Positions 20,109-29,454 of a stretch of DNA of 64,000 nucleotides are shown here, piece by piece; the first letter of the stretch is position 1; each line of letters begins with the position of its first letter. The position numbers were made by a program, and so were the translations under genes. The stretch is from an uncultured Pseudomonadota bacterium (lineage in GTDB: Bacteria; Babelota; Babeliae; Babelales; RVW-14), in NCBI GenBank assembly GCA_964568625.1, contig CAZMQG010000001.1, forward strand, positions 83,393 to 147,392. The letters are read 5' to 3'. The notes below the pieces were generated by a model. It saw only the letters and a program-made list of their open reading frames with translations, made no database searches and was not told the DNA's origin.

Positions 20109-21437
20109 ATGATAAATAAAAAAACACTTTTACTTTTAATATTGTTTTCTGCAATTTTTTTAAATCTGTCTCTGATACTTTTTTTACAAATCCCTCCAAC
20201 AAATTTTCATTGTGATATCGACTCAAAAGCTTATATTGAAAAAGCTACATTTTTATACGAAAACAATACTCTTGCCCCAATACCAACTCAAACACAATTC
20301 CCATACTATACATTAGGATACCCAATAATTATGGGCATAATCTTCAAAATATTTTCACCGCAAATTGAATGGGTAATTTTTATTCAAATTTTATTAACTC
20401 TTCTGTCTGCAGCTTTAGTGTTTATTACAGCAAGACGTTTATTTAACGAAACCATCGGATTAATTGCATTTGCCCTTACATGTATCAACATTGGATTTTT
20501 AACTTTTTCTCAATTTATTTTAACAGAATCTTTTTTAGCTTTATTTTTGATAGTTTTTTTTGAACGGTTCACGGCCTATCTTTATGACAAAAACTTTCAA
20601 GGCCTAAGTGGCTCAGCCATTGCTCTTGGCATATCAGTCTTGATAAAACCGGCAGCGCTATATTACCCAATTCTACTATTACCGTTGATTTACTACACAG
20701 CACCTGCTGATAAAAAATTAAACTTATCGTCATCTTTTTTACTGTTATTTGCGGCACCAATATTTATCTACATGCTACATAATAAAATTGTATTCGATCA
20801 ATTTAAAATCGGAAATCTTGATTCGGTTAATATTTATTTCTGGTTTTATCCTAATGTTCTTGCACAAAAATATGGTACTTCGTCAGATACTGAAAGATTA
20901 AAGTTACAGCTTATCGCAGGGCACAATAACTCAAACATAGAGTATATAAAATTAATGTTTAAGAAAGATTTTATCGAAAATCCAACTCTATTCATTTACG
21001 TATGGCTTAAAAACGTAATAAAAACATTTTTTGGGTTATTTACAACAAACCTAAAAGTTTTGGTTGAGCCCAATGTTCACGGAGGAGATATATCATTTTT
21101 TAAAATACATGGAAGCATATTTCAAAAAGCATTATTTTATATCCAATCCGGAGCATCATCCAACTGGTTAAAATCTATTGGTTTTTACGAAGCAATATGG
21201 TCAATAATAAGATATATTCTGTGTATATTCGCACTTATAACAATATTTATAAACAAAAAATACACTCTTCTATATTTTATTGGTTCATATATTTTTTACT
21301 TTTCGATAATAACTGGCCACGACGGATGCGCCAGGTTTAGAATGATGTTTGAATTTGTTTTAATAATTCTTGCAGCTGTAGGACTTTGGCTGTTGTTTAC
21401 CAGCAAAGAAACTTCGAAGCAACAAAATACAATTTGA
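20109..21437 (+). CDS. Polytopic GT-C glycosyltransferase 3
   Basis: DIDSKAY, YTLGYP, LTESFL, GISVLIKP, ARFRM; same architecture as the other two. Confidence 0.65.
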   Translation: MINKKTLLLLILFSAIFLNLSLILFLQIPPTNFHCDIDSKAYIEKATFLYENNTLAPIPTQTQFPYYTLGYPIIMGIIFKIFSPQIEWVIFIQILLTLLSAALVFITARRLFNETIGLIAFALTCINIGFLTFSQFILTESFLALFLIVFFERFTAYLYDKNFQGLSGSAIALGISVLIKPAALYYPILLLPLIYYTAPADKKLNLSSSFLLLFAAPIFIYMLHNKIVFDQFKIGNLDSVNIYFWFYPNVLAQKYGTSSDTERLKLQLIAGHNNSNIEYIKLMFKKDFIENPTLFIYVWLKNVIKTFFGLFTTNLKVLVEPNVHGGDISFFKIHGSIFQKALFYIQSGASSNWLKSIGFYEAIWSIIRYILCIFALITIFINKKYTLLYFIGSYIFYFSIITGHDGCARFRMMFEFVLIILAAVGLWLLFTSKETSKQQNTI

Positions 21438-21441
21438 GGAT

Positions 21442-22521
21442 ATGGCAATGAATCATTTTGTTATTCTTGCAGGGGGGAGCGGGCAAAGATTGTGGCCACT
21501 AAGCACAAAAAAATGCCCTAAGCATCTTGTCACGTTTATCGATAACAAATCGCTTCTTGAACAAACAATTGAAAGAATAAGTGGGAATACAAGTATTTCG
21601 TTAAAAGATACCGTTTCAGAAAATCAAAAAACTTTAGATTATAAAATTTGGATTCTAACAAATCAAGAACAGTTGGCACTTGTAGAAAATCACATCCAAC
21701 ACTTACAACTTAAAAATTCAAATATAACCGTTGTTGCCGAACCAACTGCAAGAAATACGGCTCCGGCAATTCTGTGGATGTGTGAAAAAATAAATAAATT
21801 AGATAATGATGCAACAATAATCATTCTTCCGGCAGATCATTTTATCCCCGAAAAAGAGATTTTTAATAAAACAGTTGCACAAGCCGTAACATTTGCACAA
21901 AATAACGCAAATATTATAACTCTTGGAATTATGCCTACAAATCCTGCTACGGGATATGGGTACATACAAGCGGACACTTCTGTGCCTGAAAACATATTTC
22001 CGGTAATTAAATTCCATGAAAAGCCAGACCTCACAAAAGCTAATCAATACATAAATCAACCAAACATGTTTTGGAATGCGGGAATATTTATAGGAAAAGT
22101 CTCAACGTTTTTAAACGAATTTAAAACACACAGCAAAAAACTTTTTAATGACATGCAAGACTACCTAAACGGTACAATTTCTTATGACTCTTTAGAAAAT
22201 ATCTCAATCGATTATGCCATAATGGAAAGAAGCTCAAAGATATCTCTAATTCCTGCAACATTTGAATGGCACGATGTTGGAAATTTAGCAGTATTCTTAT
22301 CACTAAAAAAACGGTTTACCCCAAATATGGAAGATATTATAAACATCGATGGATACAGCAATTTAAGCAGCACCAGAAAAAAATTAGTTGTATGCATTGG
22401 AGTAAGCGATTTATGCATAGTTGAAACCGATACCATACTTTTGATATCAAAAAAAGATTGTACAGAAAATGTAAAAAATGCTTTGCCAAAAGTCAAACAG
22501 GTCTATGGAATGGAATTATAA
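21442..22521 (+). CDS. manC: Mannose-1-phosphate guanylyltransferase (no PMI cupin domain)
   Basis: ILAGGSGQRLWPLS, EPTARNTAPAI, PADHFI, PATGYGYI, FHEKPD, WNAGIF, SIDYAIME, WHDVG. Confidence 0.9.
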   Translation: MAMNHFVILAGGSGQRLWPLSTKKCPKHLVTFIDNKSLLEQTIERISGNTSISLKDTVSENQKTLDYKIWILTNQEQLALVENHIQHLQLKNSNITVVAEPTARNTAPAILWMCEKINKLDNDATIIILPADHFIPEKEIFNKTVAQAVTFAQNNANIITLGIMPTNPATGYGYIQADTSVPENIFPVIKFHEKPDLTKANQYINQPNMFWNAGIFIGKVSTFLNEFKTHSKKLFNDMQDYLNGTISYDSLENISIDYAIMERSSKISLIPATFEWHDVGNLAVFLSLKKRFTPNMEDIINIDGYSNLSSTRKKLVVCIGVSDLCIVETDTILLISKKDCTENVKNALPKVKQVYGMEL

Positions 22522-22646
22522 AAAAGAAAAGCGGCAGAATAAAATGTATTTTAAAAAATATTGATTTTAATATAACTTTTGTTGTACAACTGTGAATGAT
22601 ATGTAATCGAATCCGAGTTTAAAATTTTAAAAATGGAAGAGTAACA

Positions 22647-23345
22647 ATGAAGAAGCTTGATGAATTGCTTAACTCCATTGATGAAAAAGTAGATAAAAAA
22701 TTTGGACCTATATCAAAAAAACTCAGAAAGTATTTCGTAATTTTTAGTGCAACTCTAATTGCAAGCCTTTTTGTAATTTTCCTAGTAAAAACATCCAAAG
22801 AAGGCCCAGCTCAATTGGCCTCAATAATTCAAAATGATCTTGAACAAATTGAAAAAATTTTAACAAACATAGATACAAATTGTAACATTTTAAGCTTTAA
22901 TTATGATAATCTACGAATCGACTTCTTTACTGTAGAAAAATTTGTTGGGTCAACAATCGGCTGCCTTAATCTTGCATATCCCGGAAAATGGGAAGGCCCT
23001 TACATGCAACGAAATCCAACCCTTCAAGGCAAGTTTTATGAAATTATAAGATCAAAAGATGGTTTTTTTATAGCTCCCGGAGTTGGCGTCAAATTACCAA
23101 ACGGTCAAATTCTTGGAAAAGATTTCATAATTACATCCAACACATCCATGACTGAACTGCTGGCAGATGAAGGACCTCTGAATTATAAAGGACAAAAACT
23201 TGCCAGAAAAATTGAATTCAAAATAGGCGACTGGGATAGTGTATTCACTCAAACTACAACAGTAGACAAAATTAACACAGCATTAAAAGAGTTTAACGAC
23301 GCGATGCCTTTTACAAAATTAGAAACCGGAACCCAACACGCATAA
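22647..23345 (+). CDS. Single-TM hypothetical protein, possibly pseudopilin (GspG)-like
   Basis: N-terminal TM followed by an amphipathic helix and WEGPY..NP motif; no G|FTLIE prepilin site. Confidence 0.45.
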   Translation: MKKLDELLNSIDEKVDKKFGPISKKLRKYFVIFSATLIASLFVIFLVKTSKEGPAQLASIIQNDLEQIEKILTNIDTNCNILSFNYDNLRIDFFTVEKFVGSTIGCLNLAYPGKWEGPYMQRNPTLQGKFYEIIRSKDGFFIAPGVGVKLPNGQILGKDFIITSNTSMTELLADEGPLNYKGQKLARKIEFKIGDWDSVFTQTTTVDKINTALKEFNDAMPFTKLETGTQHA

Positions 23346-23466
23346 ATCACAAATCAGGCATTTTTAAATTAACGTCAATATATTGCTGTTATGTCGAGCA
23401 AAAATAGTTCGATTAAAAAATAATTGGTTTGTTATTTAATGAAGCTACTACTAATATCATTTATAT

Positions 23467-23763
23467 TTACAAACCACGTTTTTTCCACCACTCATCCGTT
23501 TTAAATTCTTCTGGGAGTCCTGGGGTTTCAGTCTCTTTAAGCTCTGGCTCAAGATGAAGTTCATCAAATAAAATTCGAAAATACTCGTCACGTACGCTTG
23601 TCGGCAATTTGGTTCCACACCAAGGACAATAACAAATTCCCTGTAATCCACCTGAGCGTCTTTTTAGAAGAATATTATATTCTCTTAGATGCGGATAATA
23701 AATAATGGGAACTATTGGATCATTTAAAAAATCTACCATCAATTTGCAACAATGAATATCCAT
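23467..23763 (-). CDS. Putative immunity protein (resembles the DUF6980-type family)
   Basis: AAGGA RBS overlaps the toxin stop; HCC..M, YPHLREYNI, YCPWCGTKLPTSVRD, EWWKKRGL. Family name is from memory and needs HMM confirmation. Confidence 0.6.
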   Translation of the reverse strand: MDIHCCKLMVDFLNDPIVPIIYYPHLREYNILLKRRSGGLQGICYCPWCGTKLPTSVRDEYFRILFDELHLEPELKETETPGLPEEFKTDEWWKKRGL

Positions 23764-23773
23764 ATTTAATTCC

Positions 23774-24904
23774 TTACATTCTACGATTATAAACAGCTGC
23801 CTTATAAAGTTGTAATGTTTTGGGATCAATAGATCCAAGATGAGTTTTTCCCTTGTTATAAACTTCTACGTCATTATGAAGATTATCCCATTGAAGATAG
23901 TGCGCCTTTCCATCAAGCAACCCCATAGCTCTATCTTTAAGTCTATATATACCATCTTTCCAATATTCATACTGATCTTTTAATTGTCTAAAAAACTCTA
24001 CCTTTGTAACAGTATTAATAATTCGATCGTTTGGTCCTTTTTTTGGATCTTTTGGCCCACCTCGACCAGAACGGCAATTCGGATCAACTCGTTCAAGATA
24101 AATTCCACCTTTTTTTTTATCGCCAAAAAAATAATTATACCCTACTATTCCCACCCCTGTAAAAACACCAAGCGCAAATCCAACCGGACCAAGTGAAACA
24201 TAACCTCCGCCAACCGATAAAGACGCTTCCGCAAATGATATAGATGCCGAAGTTGATCCAAATATCCAAGATGCGCCAACGGCAAGTGCCGGCAATCCAT
24301 TATGAGTTAATAATAAGCGACGCTCCTGATTTGCATACTCCGATTTTTCTGAAATTAAAAACGTATGTGGTTCTTCTACTTCTACTCCATATGCATAAAT
24401 TTTTACAGTCTGTATCTTTATAGGCCTCTTTTTTTTATCAAACTTTATCGTACAACAATCTGCCCTACGTATTTTTGTAATTGGAATACAAGACATATCA
24501 ACATCAATAAGCATATCTCCTGCATTCAGGTATTGGGCTTGAACAAAATCCGCCATAACTGAAATATTTTTTTCTTTATCTTCCCCAGCCTTAAGTACAA
24601 AAAATAAATGTTGGGGAGATGAATCAATCCAACGATACTTTTCTGTATAAATTGAAAAACCAGCCTCAAGCAAACATTTATCTATTTTCGTAATTTTTAC
24701 TTCAGTCAAGATTGTTTCAGTTTTTGTTGAATTAAAATTATAACTTAATACCTTATCCCCAATTTTTAATTTTTCTACTTTCACTAATCCAGTAGATGTT
24801 GCAACGAGTGTTCCTTCGGGAAGGCTTGATTGTACTAATTTAAACCATGAAAAAATAAACCCAAGAAATAAATATATCACATTAATTAGCTTAATCTTTT
24901 TCAT
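23774..24904 (-). CDS. Polymorphic toxin: signal peptide, Hint domain, hydrophobic linker, colicin E3-like RNase
   Basis: SLPEGTLVATSTGLVKVEKLKIGDKVLSY and VEVEEPHTFLI...LLTHN Hint blocks; C-terminal YLQWDNLHNDVEVY...HLGSIDPKT matches colicin E3 YEWDSQHGELEGY...HLGSFDPKT. Confidence 0.8.
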   Translation of the reverse strand: MKKIKLINVIYLFLGFIFSWFKLVQSSLPEGTLVATSTGLVKVEKLKIGDKVLSYNFNSTKTETILTEVKITKIDKCLLEAGFSIYTEKYRWIDSSPQHLFFVLKAGEDKEKNISVMADFVQAQYLNAGDMLIDVDMSCIPITKIRRADCCTIKFDKKKRPIKIQTVKIYAYGVEVEEPHTFLISEKSEYANQERRLLLTHNGLPALAVGASWIFGSTSASISFAEASLSVGGGYVSLGPVGFALGVFTGVGIVGYNYFFGDKKKGGIYLERVDPNCRSGRGGPKDPKKGPNDRIINTVTKVEFFRQLKDQYEYWKDGIYRLKDRAMGLLDGKAHYLQWDNLHNDVEVYNKGKTHLGSIDPKTLQLYKAAVYNRRM

Positions 24905-25018
24905 TACGTATACTCCTTTTACAAGTATAGATTTATTTAATTAGATGCTTGAGGAAAGGTAACTTAAACTTTCCTAAAAATCAATCGAAAAGAGTACACT
25001 AACTATATAATTCTTAAG

Positions 25019-25040
25019 CTGAAATAAATTCAGGATGACA
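25019..25040. repeat. Short palindromic REP-like element
   Basis: ctgaaataaattcaggatgaca; hairpin ctgaa-ataaa-ttcag; same motif as the backbone of 3176-3275. Confidence 0.55.
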
Positions 25041-25147
25041 AGTCTACAATTGAAAGTCATTTTAGACATGCACAGCTCTTTCACTATTAAGTCTCGTTTG
25101 AAATTATATTTATCTGAAACTTAAAAAATTTTGGTCGTAAGGCAAAA

Positions 25148-26086
25148 TCAGGCACTTTTAATTTGACCAAAACCCTGTAAAAAGTAATTTGCCAAACCAA
25201 TTAAAAGTTTGTCCAATATGTAGCGTTCGTCCTGAGGACTGCTATTGGCTTGTTTAAAAGATAAAGCTATAAATGCAAGCATTTGCAAGTATGGTTCGAT
25301 ATCTGCAATAGATTTTATAATATTTTTTTTAATACCTAGTTCTTGCCAAATTTTGGCTGCATCACCCCCAAATATGTTGGCATTCTGCATTGGAACTAAC
25401 ATATTAAATAACTGATTAAGAACAATCTGATCAAAAGCAACAGCTTGAGATAAAGCATTTCCTAAATTTTGTGAAAATTGGATATTTTCTTGCTCACACA
25501 AATTATAAATAAAAAAAATAAAAGTTCGTAAAAAGTAATAACCCAAAATCCCTGATGCCCCGCCAGCCAAATTTATTAAAATTTTTTGTGAAGATGTGTA
25601 TTTCACATTTTTATTTGACTCTGACGAATTAAAACCGGACATGGGATCAAATCCATCAAGACTAAGATCTTTTGAATCAATTATAGGGAAAGTTCTTCCG
25701 GAAGAATTTTTACCCAAATGTATCTTAAAATCGCACCCCGTTAACATTTTCTTTGCAACTCCATGCCCAAGCTCATGAAAAAACGTAGCTGCAAAATTCA
25801 TGCAGTACGATGATGCAAAGTTAATAGCCAAATTTTTAGGTACAAATTGAGATCTTAAAGATTGAGGCATATGATCAATTTGTGCTTGATAAGACAACAA
25901 AAACATTATACCTAACAAACAAGCCGCTGCTGTAAAGTTATCTTTAACATCTACAGCCTCTCGACAAATTTCTGTTTTAATTTTATGCGACAAAGATGGA
26001 CATTTATTTGAAGCACAATGCACATTCAAGCTTAAGAACTTCAAAACAATTAAACTTAGTAATATTGAAGCAAACCGCTTAACCAT
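25148..26086 (-). CDS. M50-family (site-2 protease-like) membrane metallopeptidase
   Basis: FFHELGHG (HExxH), NLAGGASG, NMLVP...GGDA third-ligand motif, several TMs; start overlaps the pcrA stop. Confidence 0.7.
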   Translation of the reverse strand: MVKRFASILLSLIVLKFLSLNVHCASNKCPSLSHKIKTEICREAVDVKDNFTAAACLLGIMFLLSYQAQIDHMPQSLRSQFVPKNLAINFASSYCMNFAATFFHELGHGVAKKMLTGCDFKIHLGKNSSGRTFPIIDSKDLSLDGFDPMSGFNSSESNKNVKYTSSQKILINLAGGASGILGYYFLRTFIFFIYNLCEQENIQFSQNLGNALSQAVAFDQIVLNQLFNMLVPMQNANIFGGDAAKIWQELGIKKNIIKSIADIEPYLQMLAFIALSFKQANSSPQDERYILDKLLIGLANYFLQGFGQIKSA

Positions 26087-28586
26087 TTACTTTACTTACA
26101 TAGCTGGCCAATAATTTTTTCTGGCCACATTTAAATGCCACCGTTAAATAAAAATCTTCAGAATTTTTTTCAACTTTTACAATAACTCCCTGCCCAAATT
26201 TTTTATGGGAAACCATCAATCCGCTTCTCCATCCCCCCATGTTACTCTCAGAACTCAATATAGATAGTTTATCCAATTCAGGCTTTTTATTTGAGACCGG
26301 TGTTTTTGACGTCGACGCTGAATAACGTGGATTTGAAAAATTTGAACTTTGTTTTATATATGATGATTTTGTATCGGAACGATTGTAACCTGAACGGTTA
26401 ACAACCGAACGGTTAATAACCGAACGATTGTTCACTGAATGCATTGAACCTAAATCGCTAGGATAATCCGGCTTTGAAAATGTCAGAACAGAACTGGTCA
26501 AAGCACGCCCTAAAAACCATGATTCAAGCGTATCTGTAATCTGCATGCCCAACATTTTTTCAAAATCAACCTTGTGAACCAGCTTAGAAGGAATTTCAGA
26601 TAAAAATCTTGATGGCACCTGTTCAACTATTTGTCCATAACTGTTGCGATACGAAGCTGTAAACAGCAATAGATGCTCCTGTGCGCGAGTCATTCCGACA
26701 TAAAACAGACGTCGCTCTTCTTCCAAAGCTTCAGAAGAGCTCAAAGATTTTGATCCGGGAAGAAGACCTTCATCAAGCCCGGAAATAATGACTGCTTCAA
26801 ATTCTAGCCCCTTTGCTGCATGCAAAGTCATCATCTGAACCTTGTCACTATTCTCATTCTGTGCAAGTTTTTCTTGCAATAATGCAATGTCATACAAATA
26901 ATTTTCAAGCGTAGGAGCTGCTGGCTGCCATGAGTTATAAGAATCTCCAAATGGATCATCAGGAGAATCTGAACCAACTTGAGATCGAGGTTCAAAGGAA
27001 GAGCTGGCAACCTTATTTTCAAAAAGTTGCGCCGAACCTAAAAACTCTTTAACGTTTTCAATTTTAGCCTCAGCCTCTTTAGGATCATAATTTTGTCTAA
27101 GATAACCTAAATAATCAGTTGCTTTTAAAATCATCTCAAGTACTTTGCCAGGCAACATTGTGCTATCAAGCCCCTCAAAAACTCTTAAAAAATCCCCAAT
27201 CGAAATTTGCTTTCCCATTGGCTGAGTATCTTTTATAAATTTTAAAATTTGTTTGAAATCAAGCATAGGATTCTGCGCCCATGCATCCTGTACATCTTGT
27301 TCAAACTTTGGCCCCAACCCACGAGTTGGACAATTAATTGCGCGAAACAGACTAATTTTATCAAATGGATTTGAAATTATTCGCATGTATGCAAGCAGAT
27401 CTTTTATCTCTTTGCGTTCATAAAATTGCAATCCCCCAACAATTTTATATGGAATGGAATGATAAATTAAAGCCTCTTCAATCTGTCGGGACTGAAAATG
27501 CGTCCGATACAAAATTGCAATATCACTCAACTTCTTTTTTTTATCTTTCACAAAACTTTGAATAAACCGCGCAATTGCAGAAGATTCTTGCTCCCCAGAA
27601 CGACAATGTCCAATTAAGATTCTATTTTTTGCCTCTTTTTCAGACCAAAGATTCTTAGGATTTCGCAAAAGATTATTATCTATAACACAATTTGCTGCAT
27701 CAAGAATCGGTTGTACCGATCGATAATTCTGCTCAATTTTCACAACACTTACAGGAGAGAAATCACGCTGAAATGAAAGCATGTTTGCAACGGTTGCACC
27801 ACGCCAAGAATAAATCGACTGGTCTTCGTCGCCCACAGCACACAAAGAATCAATCGTAAATTTATTATTCGCATCAAGCGCCATATACTGCAACAACTGG
27901 TGCTGCACAACACTTGTATCTTGATACTCATCAACAAGAAGATGTCTTACTCTTTTCTGAAATGTTTTTCTGAAATCGGCATTTTTACTAAAAAGATTTA
28001 ACCCTTGTATTAATAAATCATCAAAATCAAAACAGTGTGCCGCTGCCTTTTCAGCTTCATATTCACGATGAATTTCACGAATAAACTGTGGAACCAAATC
28101 ATCAGCCTGTTTAGTCAAAAGATTATTTTTATAAGTTGAAATTTGGTAGCAAGCTTGACTGGCAGTCGTATATTTGGTTAAAGCGTTTTTTGTTATAATT
28201 TTTCTTATAAGCTCAACCTGATCATCACTATCAATAATTGAAAATTCAGGAAACGGTAATAATGAGGAATTCCTACGTAAAAGTAACAAGCAGTATGAAT
28301 GAAATGTTCCTACAAATGGAACCCTTTTGGATGTTCCTAAAAACGAAGCTATTCGCTCTTTCATCTCTCCTGCCGCCTTATTTGTAAAAGTAAGAGCAAC
28401 AATCGATGATGGATCCGCCTCTCTATTAAGAATTAGATTTGCAATTCGTGCAGTAATCACACGCGTTTTACCTGAACCCGCACCGGCAATAACCAAAGTA
28501 GCCGGATCTTGACTCTCTACAGCCATCTGTTGAGGCCCGTTTAAACTTTTTTTTAAAAATTCATTAAACGCTTGTTTGTGTTCCAT
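26079..28586 (-). CDS. pcrA: UvrD/PcrA SF1 DNA helicase
   Basis: IAGAGSGKT, TFTNKAA, VDEYQDT, VGDEDQSIYSWRGA, EQNYRS, TLHAAKGLEF, EEERRLFYVGMTRA, C-terminal HKKFGQG Tudor-like domain. Start set at MEHKQ. Confidence 0.93.
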   Translation of the reverse strand: MEHKQAFNEFLKKSLNGPQQMAVESQDPATLVIAGAGSGKTRVITARIANLILNREADPSSIVALTFTNKAAGEMKERIASFLGTSKRVPFVGTFHSYCLLLLRRNSSLLPFPEFSIIDSDDQVELIRKIITKNALTKYTTASQACYQISTYKNNLLTKQADDLVPQFIREIHREYEAEKAAAHCFDFDDLLIQGLNLFSKNADFRKTFQKRVRHLLVDEYQDTSVVQHQLLQYMALDANNKFTIDSLCAVGDEDQSIYSWRGATVANMLSFQRDFSPVSVVKIEQNYRSVQPILDAANCVIDNNLLRNPKNLWSEKEAKNRILIGHCRSGEQESSAIARFIQSFVKDKKKKLSDIAILYRTHFQSRQIEEALIYHSIPYKIVGGLQFYERKEIKDLLAYMRIISNPFDKISLFRAINCPTRGLGPKFEQDVQDAWAQNPMLDFKQILKFIKDTQPMGKQISIGDFLRVFEGLDSTMLPGKVLEMILKATDYLGYLRQNYDPKEAEAKIENVKEFLGSAQLFENKVASSSFEPRSQVGSDSPDDPFGDSYNSWQPAAPTLENYLYDIALLQEKLAQNENSDKVQMMTLHAAKGLEFEAVIISGLDEGLLPGSKSLSSSEALEEERRLFYVGMTRAQEHLLLFTASYRNSYGQIVEQVPSRFLSEIPSKLVHKVDFEKMLGMQITDTLESWFLGRALTSSVLTFSKPDYPSDLGSMHSVNNRSVINRSVVNRSGYNRSDTKSSYIKQSSNFSNPRYSASTSKTPVSNKKPELDKLSILSSESNMGGWRSGLMVSHKKFGQGVIVKVEKNSEDFYLTVAFKCGQKKLLASYVSKVNG
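26377..26436. repeat. 15-bp tandem repeat (4 copies) inside the pcrA linker
   Basis: gaacgattgtaacct / gaacggttaacaacc / gaacggttaataacc / gaacgattgttcact; encodes SVNNR SVINR SVVNR SGYNR. Confidence 0.85.
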
Positions 28587-28764
28587 TGATAATTTCCAAC
28601 TAAAAAAGCGAGGTAAAACACGCAAGATAAAGCACGAATGTGAAGTATACAAAAATTTTCAAAGGCTGGGAAACAAAAAAACAAAACTCTTGATATAGTA
28701 GAAAAATCGATTTTATAATTCTTAAAGTTTATAAAGTTAAAATTTTTAGTAGAGGGAGATTTTT

Positions 28765-29454
28765 ATGAATCGTAACGCTTTCAAATATTTATTGGTTTTA
28801 ATAACAGTTACATCAAGCCTTTTTATCTCATTAAACCCAATAGCCGCTCCAAAATATTTGCGCGATTTGGATATCGAAATTAAAGATATTTCCAAGCAAA
28901 CAACTCTGGATGCTGCAAATCAATTAAAAAACAAAAAAACAATTGCAATAAAATCTCTTAAAAATGGCGGATATGTTTATGCATCATGTGACCTAGAAAA
29001 TCAAATAATAAAAACATTAAAATCTGAAGGAAGTTATACCCGCTTAGCATACGTGTATAATACGCCGCAGGAAACTCATTTTATTATAATTAAGTCTAAA
29101 ACTAATGGGGTTATTTATTTAAAATCAATGGTTATGGAAGGCAAAGTGCTTGCATGCGATACGGCTACAGACAAAATTACATTTAAACCATTTAATGAAA
29201 AAGACGAAACACAGCAATGGGAAATTCAAAGTGGAGATGGGCTTAACCAAGTCTATTTTAAAAATAGAGGATATAAAGGCTCATCATGCTTCTTAAGCAT
29301 AGACGGTGAAAAAACAACAGTTGAAAAAACTTCTGAAAATACACCCGCTACCCCCAAAGTTGGAGGTGCAAAACAGACAGAACCATGTATGAACTGTGTA
29401 TCGGTTGACACGCCAGCCAGATCTGAACTATTTAAAATTATCCTGTTAGACTAA
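28765..29454 (+). CDS. Secreted protein with a probable beta-trefoil (fascin/ricin-B-like) domain
   Basis: GGAG RBS, signal peptide; repeats IAIKSLKNGGYVYA / IYLKSMVMEGKVLAC / VYFKNRGYKGSSCFLS and a QQW motif. Confidence 0.55.
   Translation: MNRNAFKYLLVLITVTSSLFISLNPIAAPKYLRDLDIEIKDISKQTTLDAANQLKNKKTIAIKSLKNGGYVYASCDLENQIIKTLKSEGSYTRLAYVYNTPQETHFIIIKSKTNGVIYLKSMVMEGKVLACDTATDKITFKPFNEKDETQQWEIQSGDGLNQVYFKNRGYKGSSCFLSIDGEKTTVEKTSENTPATPKVGGAKQTEPCMNCVSVDTPARSELFKIILLD

Noticed and set aside
23764-23838. Apparent toxin/immunity overlap in the ORF track
   Set aside because: The true immunity start is ATG 23763 with an RBS; the upstream extension is spurious.
24299-24826. True splicing intein in a host gene
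   Set aside because: The +1 residue is Gly, the N-extein is only a signal peptide, there is no endonuclease, and the context is a toxin; cleavage-only Hint fits better.
26377-26436. Tandem repeats as CRISPR or iterons
   Set aside because: No spacers; in-frame coding repeat within pcrA.
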